This document shows, piece by piece, positions 60,936-64,000 of a stretch of DNA of 64,000 nt. The position numbers and the translations under genes are program-made. The first letter of the stretch is position 1; every line of letters starts with the position of its first letter. This stretch comes from an uncultured Methanoregulaceae archaeon (GTDB lineage: Archaea; Halobacteriota; Methanomicrobia; Methanomicrobiales; Methanospirillaceae), in contig OY970061.1 of the NCBI GenBank assembly GCA_963705255.1, positions 1,824,001 to 1,888,000 on the forward strand, in the 5' to 3' direction. The notes beneath the pieces were generated by a model. It ran no database searches. It saw only the letters and a program-made list of their open reading frames with translations, and had not been told where the DNA came from.

Positions 60936-61927
60936 TCACGTTATCTCCATCTCCCCGAGCCACGCCCCTGCTTCCCGTATGACTTTCCCGACGACCTGTG
61001 CCCCCTTCACCATCTTCCGGATGCAGGCAACGCTCTCTTTGGGGACGACATATGCGTATCCCATGCCCATATTAAAGGTGCGGTACATCTCGACCAGCGA
61101 AATATCGCCGGCCTTCTGGATCCACGAGAAGATTTCCGGAGGGGTTATGGGCGTGTCGAACCGGAAGCCGTAATCGCTCAGCCGCCTGAAGTTGAGCAGC
61201 CCTCCTCCGGTGACATGACACATTCCGTGGACCGCACAGGCTGCCGTTACCTTCAGGGTCTCGTGGTAAATCCGGGTCGGGACGAGCAGTTCCTGCCCGA
61301 GTGTCCGCCCGTCCCCCAGCTGCTCAGCGTATCCCGCGTACTTCTCCACGACATTCCGGGCAAGGGAGAGCCCGTTGCTGTGGACACCCGTTGACCGGAT
61401 CCCGACAATGGTATCGCCGGGCCGGATCTTTCACCGGTTATGATCCGGTCCTTCTTCTGCATGCCAAGACAGGTACCGGCAAGGTCGAGGCCGTTGACCA
61501 GTCCGCGCAGCGACGCGGTCTCCCCGCCCACGATGTCGATGTTCGCCTGCCGTGCGCCCTCGTTCAGGCCGATTCCGATCTGGGACATCTTCTCTATCGA
61601 GAGCTTATCGGTAGCAATGTAATCGACGAACGCGACTGGTTCCACGTTCATGACATAGAGGTCGTTCACGTTCATCGCGATGCAGTCGATACCAACCGTA
61701 CTCCAGTCTTCCATCCGGTCCGCAACGAGCATCTTCGTCCCCACCCCGTCGGTGGTCAGGGCAAGCGCCATCTCGCCGAAATCGATCAGCCCGGCAAAAT
61801 GGCCGACCGATCCCATCATCGTGGTGCTGCCTTTCCGCCTGAACTTCAGGTTCCCGATGAGGGCTTTGATTGCCGTTGCTTCGAGATCGATGTCCACGCC
61901 GGCTTCCGCATACGCGTTCTTACTCAT
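60936..61927 (-). CDS. purM: Phosphoribosylformylglycinamidine cyclo-ligase (AIR synthetase); frameshift near 61430
   Basis: YAEAGVDI, TDGVGTK, DCIAMNVND and GGETA, then LLVPTRIY, HVTGGG and EMYRTFNMG in the next frame; one A missing in GGTGAAAGATC. Confidence 0.92.
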
Positions 61928-63320
61928 CGCTCTCCTCCGAGAGCCGGAACTCATCATGGAGAACACGGACCGCACGCGGACCGTCGTTCTGGCTCACCAC
62001 GAACGAGATGTTTGCTTCCGAGGAGCCCTGCGAGATCATCATCACGTTGATGCTGGCTGCCCCCATTGCGGTAAAGATCCTCCCGCCGGTCCCCGGCGCC
62101 CCTGCCATTCCTGCCCCGACGACCGCAACCGCGCAGACATCGTGGTTATGGGAGACTTCGCGTACAATGCCCTGTTTCATGAGATCCGACAGGGCCTTTA
62201 CCGCGGCGGACACATGAGACTCGTCCACGATCAGCGATATATTTGCCTCGCTTGAACCCTGCGAGATCATCATCACGTTCACGTCGTGATCGGCAAGGAT
62301 GGTAAAGATCGCCTTTGCCACACCGGGCCTCCCGATCATCTGTGCGCCGTTGATATTGATGGCCGCGACCTTGTCGATATACGTGAGGGCTTTTACCACG
62401 CGGTTGTCCCGCTGCCCGTTCCGGACGATGACCGTACCGGGATGGGAAGGGTTGAAGGTGTTCTTCACCCGGACGAGGATGTTCTTGCGCATGGCGGGCT
62501 CGATGGAGCGGGGGTGCATTACCTTTGCCCCGAAATAGGAGAGTTCCATGACCTCGAGGTAGGAGAGCGAGGGCATCACCCGGGCATCATTGATGACCCG
62601 GGGGTCGCAGGTCATGATCCCGTCGACATCGGTCCAGATCCAGATCTCGTCCGCATCGATCCCGGCACCGATGATGGAGGCGGAGTAGTCCGAGCCGCTC
62701 CGCCCGAGGGTGGTAAGGACCCCCTCCCGCGTGCAGCCCATGAACCCCATGATGACCGGTATCTCTTTTGCGAGCAACGGGCCGACCCGCCGTTTGATCC
62801 GTTCATCGCTCTCGGGAAGGGATGTCGACTCACCGTGCTGGGGGGTGGTGAGGATACCGGCCTCGCAACCGTCCATAACTGTGGATGCAATGCCCCGCCG
62901 GCGGATGGCCGCAGATAGGATCGGGGCAAGCAGCCTTTCACCAAACGAGATGATATAATCCTTCGAGCGGGGAGTGAGTTCCCGCAGGTTATAGACCGCG
63001 AAGAGGATGTTCTGGAGGCTGATGAGCTGCTCTTCGATCTCGGCACCGACCTGTGCAACGGAGTCCGGCGCAGCCCCTTCAAGGGTGGTCATGTGCCGCC
63101 GGGAAAGGGCCTGGATCAGGGGGGCGATGCCGGAGTCGTCCTTTGCTGTCGGAAGCTTGCCGGCGATCTCGATGAGCTGGTCGGTGACACCCCGCTGTGC
63201 CGAGACGACAACGGCAAGTTCGTCGCCTTTCCCGTGGTGCTCTTCGAGGATGTCGACAACGCGTTTGATACACTGGGCATCGGCAACGGATGTCCCGCCG
63301 AATTTCATCAGAAATCTCAT
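61920..63320 (-). CDS. lysC: Aspartate kinase with ACT domains
   Basis: MKFGGTSV, VVVSA, TLGRSGSDYSA, IWTDVDG and two MISQGSSE ACT repeats. Confidence 0.95.
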   Translation of the reverse strand: MRFLMKFGGTSVADAQCIKRVVDILEEHHGKGDELAVVVSAQRGVTDQLIEIAGKLPTAKDDSGIAPLIQALSRRHMTTLEGAAPDSVAQVGAEIEEQLISLQNILFAVYNLRELTPRSKDYIISFGERLLAPILSAAIRRRGIASTVMDGCEAGILTTPQHGESTSLPESDERIKRRVGPLLAKEIPVIMGFMGCTREGVLTTLGRSGSDYSASIIGAGIDADEIWIWTDVDGIMTCDPRVINDARVMPSLSYLEVMELSYFGAKVMHPRSIEPAMRKNILVRVKNTFNPSHPGTVIVRNGQRDNRVVKALTYIDKVAAININGAQMIGRPGVAKAIFTILADHDVNVMMISQGSSEANISLIVDESHVSAAVKALSDLMKQGIVREVSHNHDVCAVAVVGAGMAGAPGTGGRIFTAMGAASINVMMISQGSSEANISFVVSQNDGPRAVRVLHDEFRLSEESDE

Positions 63321-63382
63321 TTGTTCTCTCACTCTGGACGTGCCATTTATTTATGTAACTATACGATCCACAAAATAATAAG

Positions 63383-64000
63383 ATGCTTGCAGATGAGATT
63401 GTGGACTGCCACGTGCTGGTGATCGGGAGCGGAGGTGCAGGTGTCCGCGCTGCCATTGAGGCATCGCAGTATGGCGATACGGTCCTCATCTCAAAGACCA
63501 TCGTGGGAAAAGGGGGTTGCACCCCGATGGCGGAAGGGGGGTACAATGCAGTCCTGAGGGAAGAGGACTCGTGCGGGATCCATTACGAGGATACGATGAA
63601 GGGGGGAGCGTACCTCAACGATCCCGAACTTGTGAATATTCTTGTGAAGGAGGCCCCACTGCGGATAGGGGATCTCGTGAAATGGGGTGCGGTCTTCGAT
63701 TTCACTGACTCCGACGAGGTCGCCCAGCGCCCGTTCGGGGGCCAGCGGTTCCCGAGGACGTGTTATGCCGGTGACCGCACCGGCCACGAGATGATGACGA
63801 CCCTTGTCGAGCGACTCGATGCAACGGAGGTCTCCAATCTGCAGGAGTATACGATCACCGATCTGCTGAAAGACGGAGAGGCGGTTATCGGGGCGATGGC
63901 ACTTGACGAGAAAGGCGGCCTCGTCCTCCTCAAAGCAGACAGCACGGTCCTCGCGACGGGCGGCGGGACGAAGGTCTACGACATCTCCACAAACTCCTCG
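63383..64000 (+). CDS. tfrA: Thiol:fumarate reductase subunit A (SdhA/FrdA-like flavoprotein), runs off the right edge
   Basis: Absent from the ORF track. Manual translation MLADEIVDCHVLVIGSGGAGVRAAIEA...GCTPMAEGGYNA...QRPFGGQRFPRTCYAGDRTG...VLATGG. Confidence 0.88.
   Translation, partial: MLADEIVDCHVLVIGSGGAGVRAAIEASQYGDTVLISKTIVGKGGCTPMAEGGYNAVLREEDSCGIHYEDTMKGGAYLNDPELVNILVKEAPLRIGDLVKWGAVFDFTDSDEVAQRPFGGQRFPRTCYAGDRTGHEMMTTLVERLDATEVSNLQEYTITDLLKDGEAVIGAMALDEKGGLVLLKADSTVLATGGGTKVYDISTNSS

Noticed and set aside
1660-61440. Programmed frameshifting or pyrrolysine/selenocysteine readthrough explaining the split genes
   Set aside because: The breaks are frame changes in both directions, with no shared slippery motif and no in-frame TAG/TGA; sequencing indels are more parsimonious.

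Overview
Chromosomal window from a GC-rich methanogenic archaeon. The gene content and order (A1A0 ATP synthase operon, thermosome, LonB, Nob1, L37e-Lsm, SepF-ZPR1, tfrA, MTH865, DUF128) point to Methanomicrobiales, most likely Methanoregula-like; this placement is inferred, not measured. Most of the window is housekeeping, with tRNA-Ser(CGA) and initiator tRNA-Met. At least nine single-base frameshifts (rio2, pgk, pilus membrane gene x2, pilus ATPase, tldD, a TPR gene, purM, island kinase x2) probably reflect sequencing or assembly indels, because core metabolic genes are among those hit. The standout is an AT-rich, tightly coupled three-gene island (about 58260-60930) between the SepF/ZPR1 cluster and purM. 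It encodes a Hanks-type Ser/Thr kinase, a ~396-aa protein of unknown function and a small PD-(D/E)xK/QxxxY nuclease-like protein. I propose it as a candidate kinase-controlled anti-viral defence or toxin-antitoxin system that I cannot match to a named one. Other oddities: a G-rich palindromic non-coding array, phased direct repeats, two small ORFs missing from the track, a K+ channel with a TVGYT filter, a degenerate TtuA paralog, a cupredoxin with non-canonical ligands, and a divergent Cys-rich regulator/MTH865 pair.
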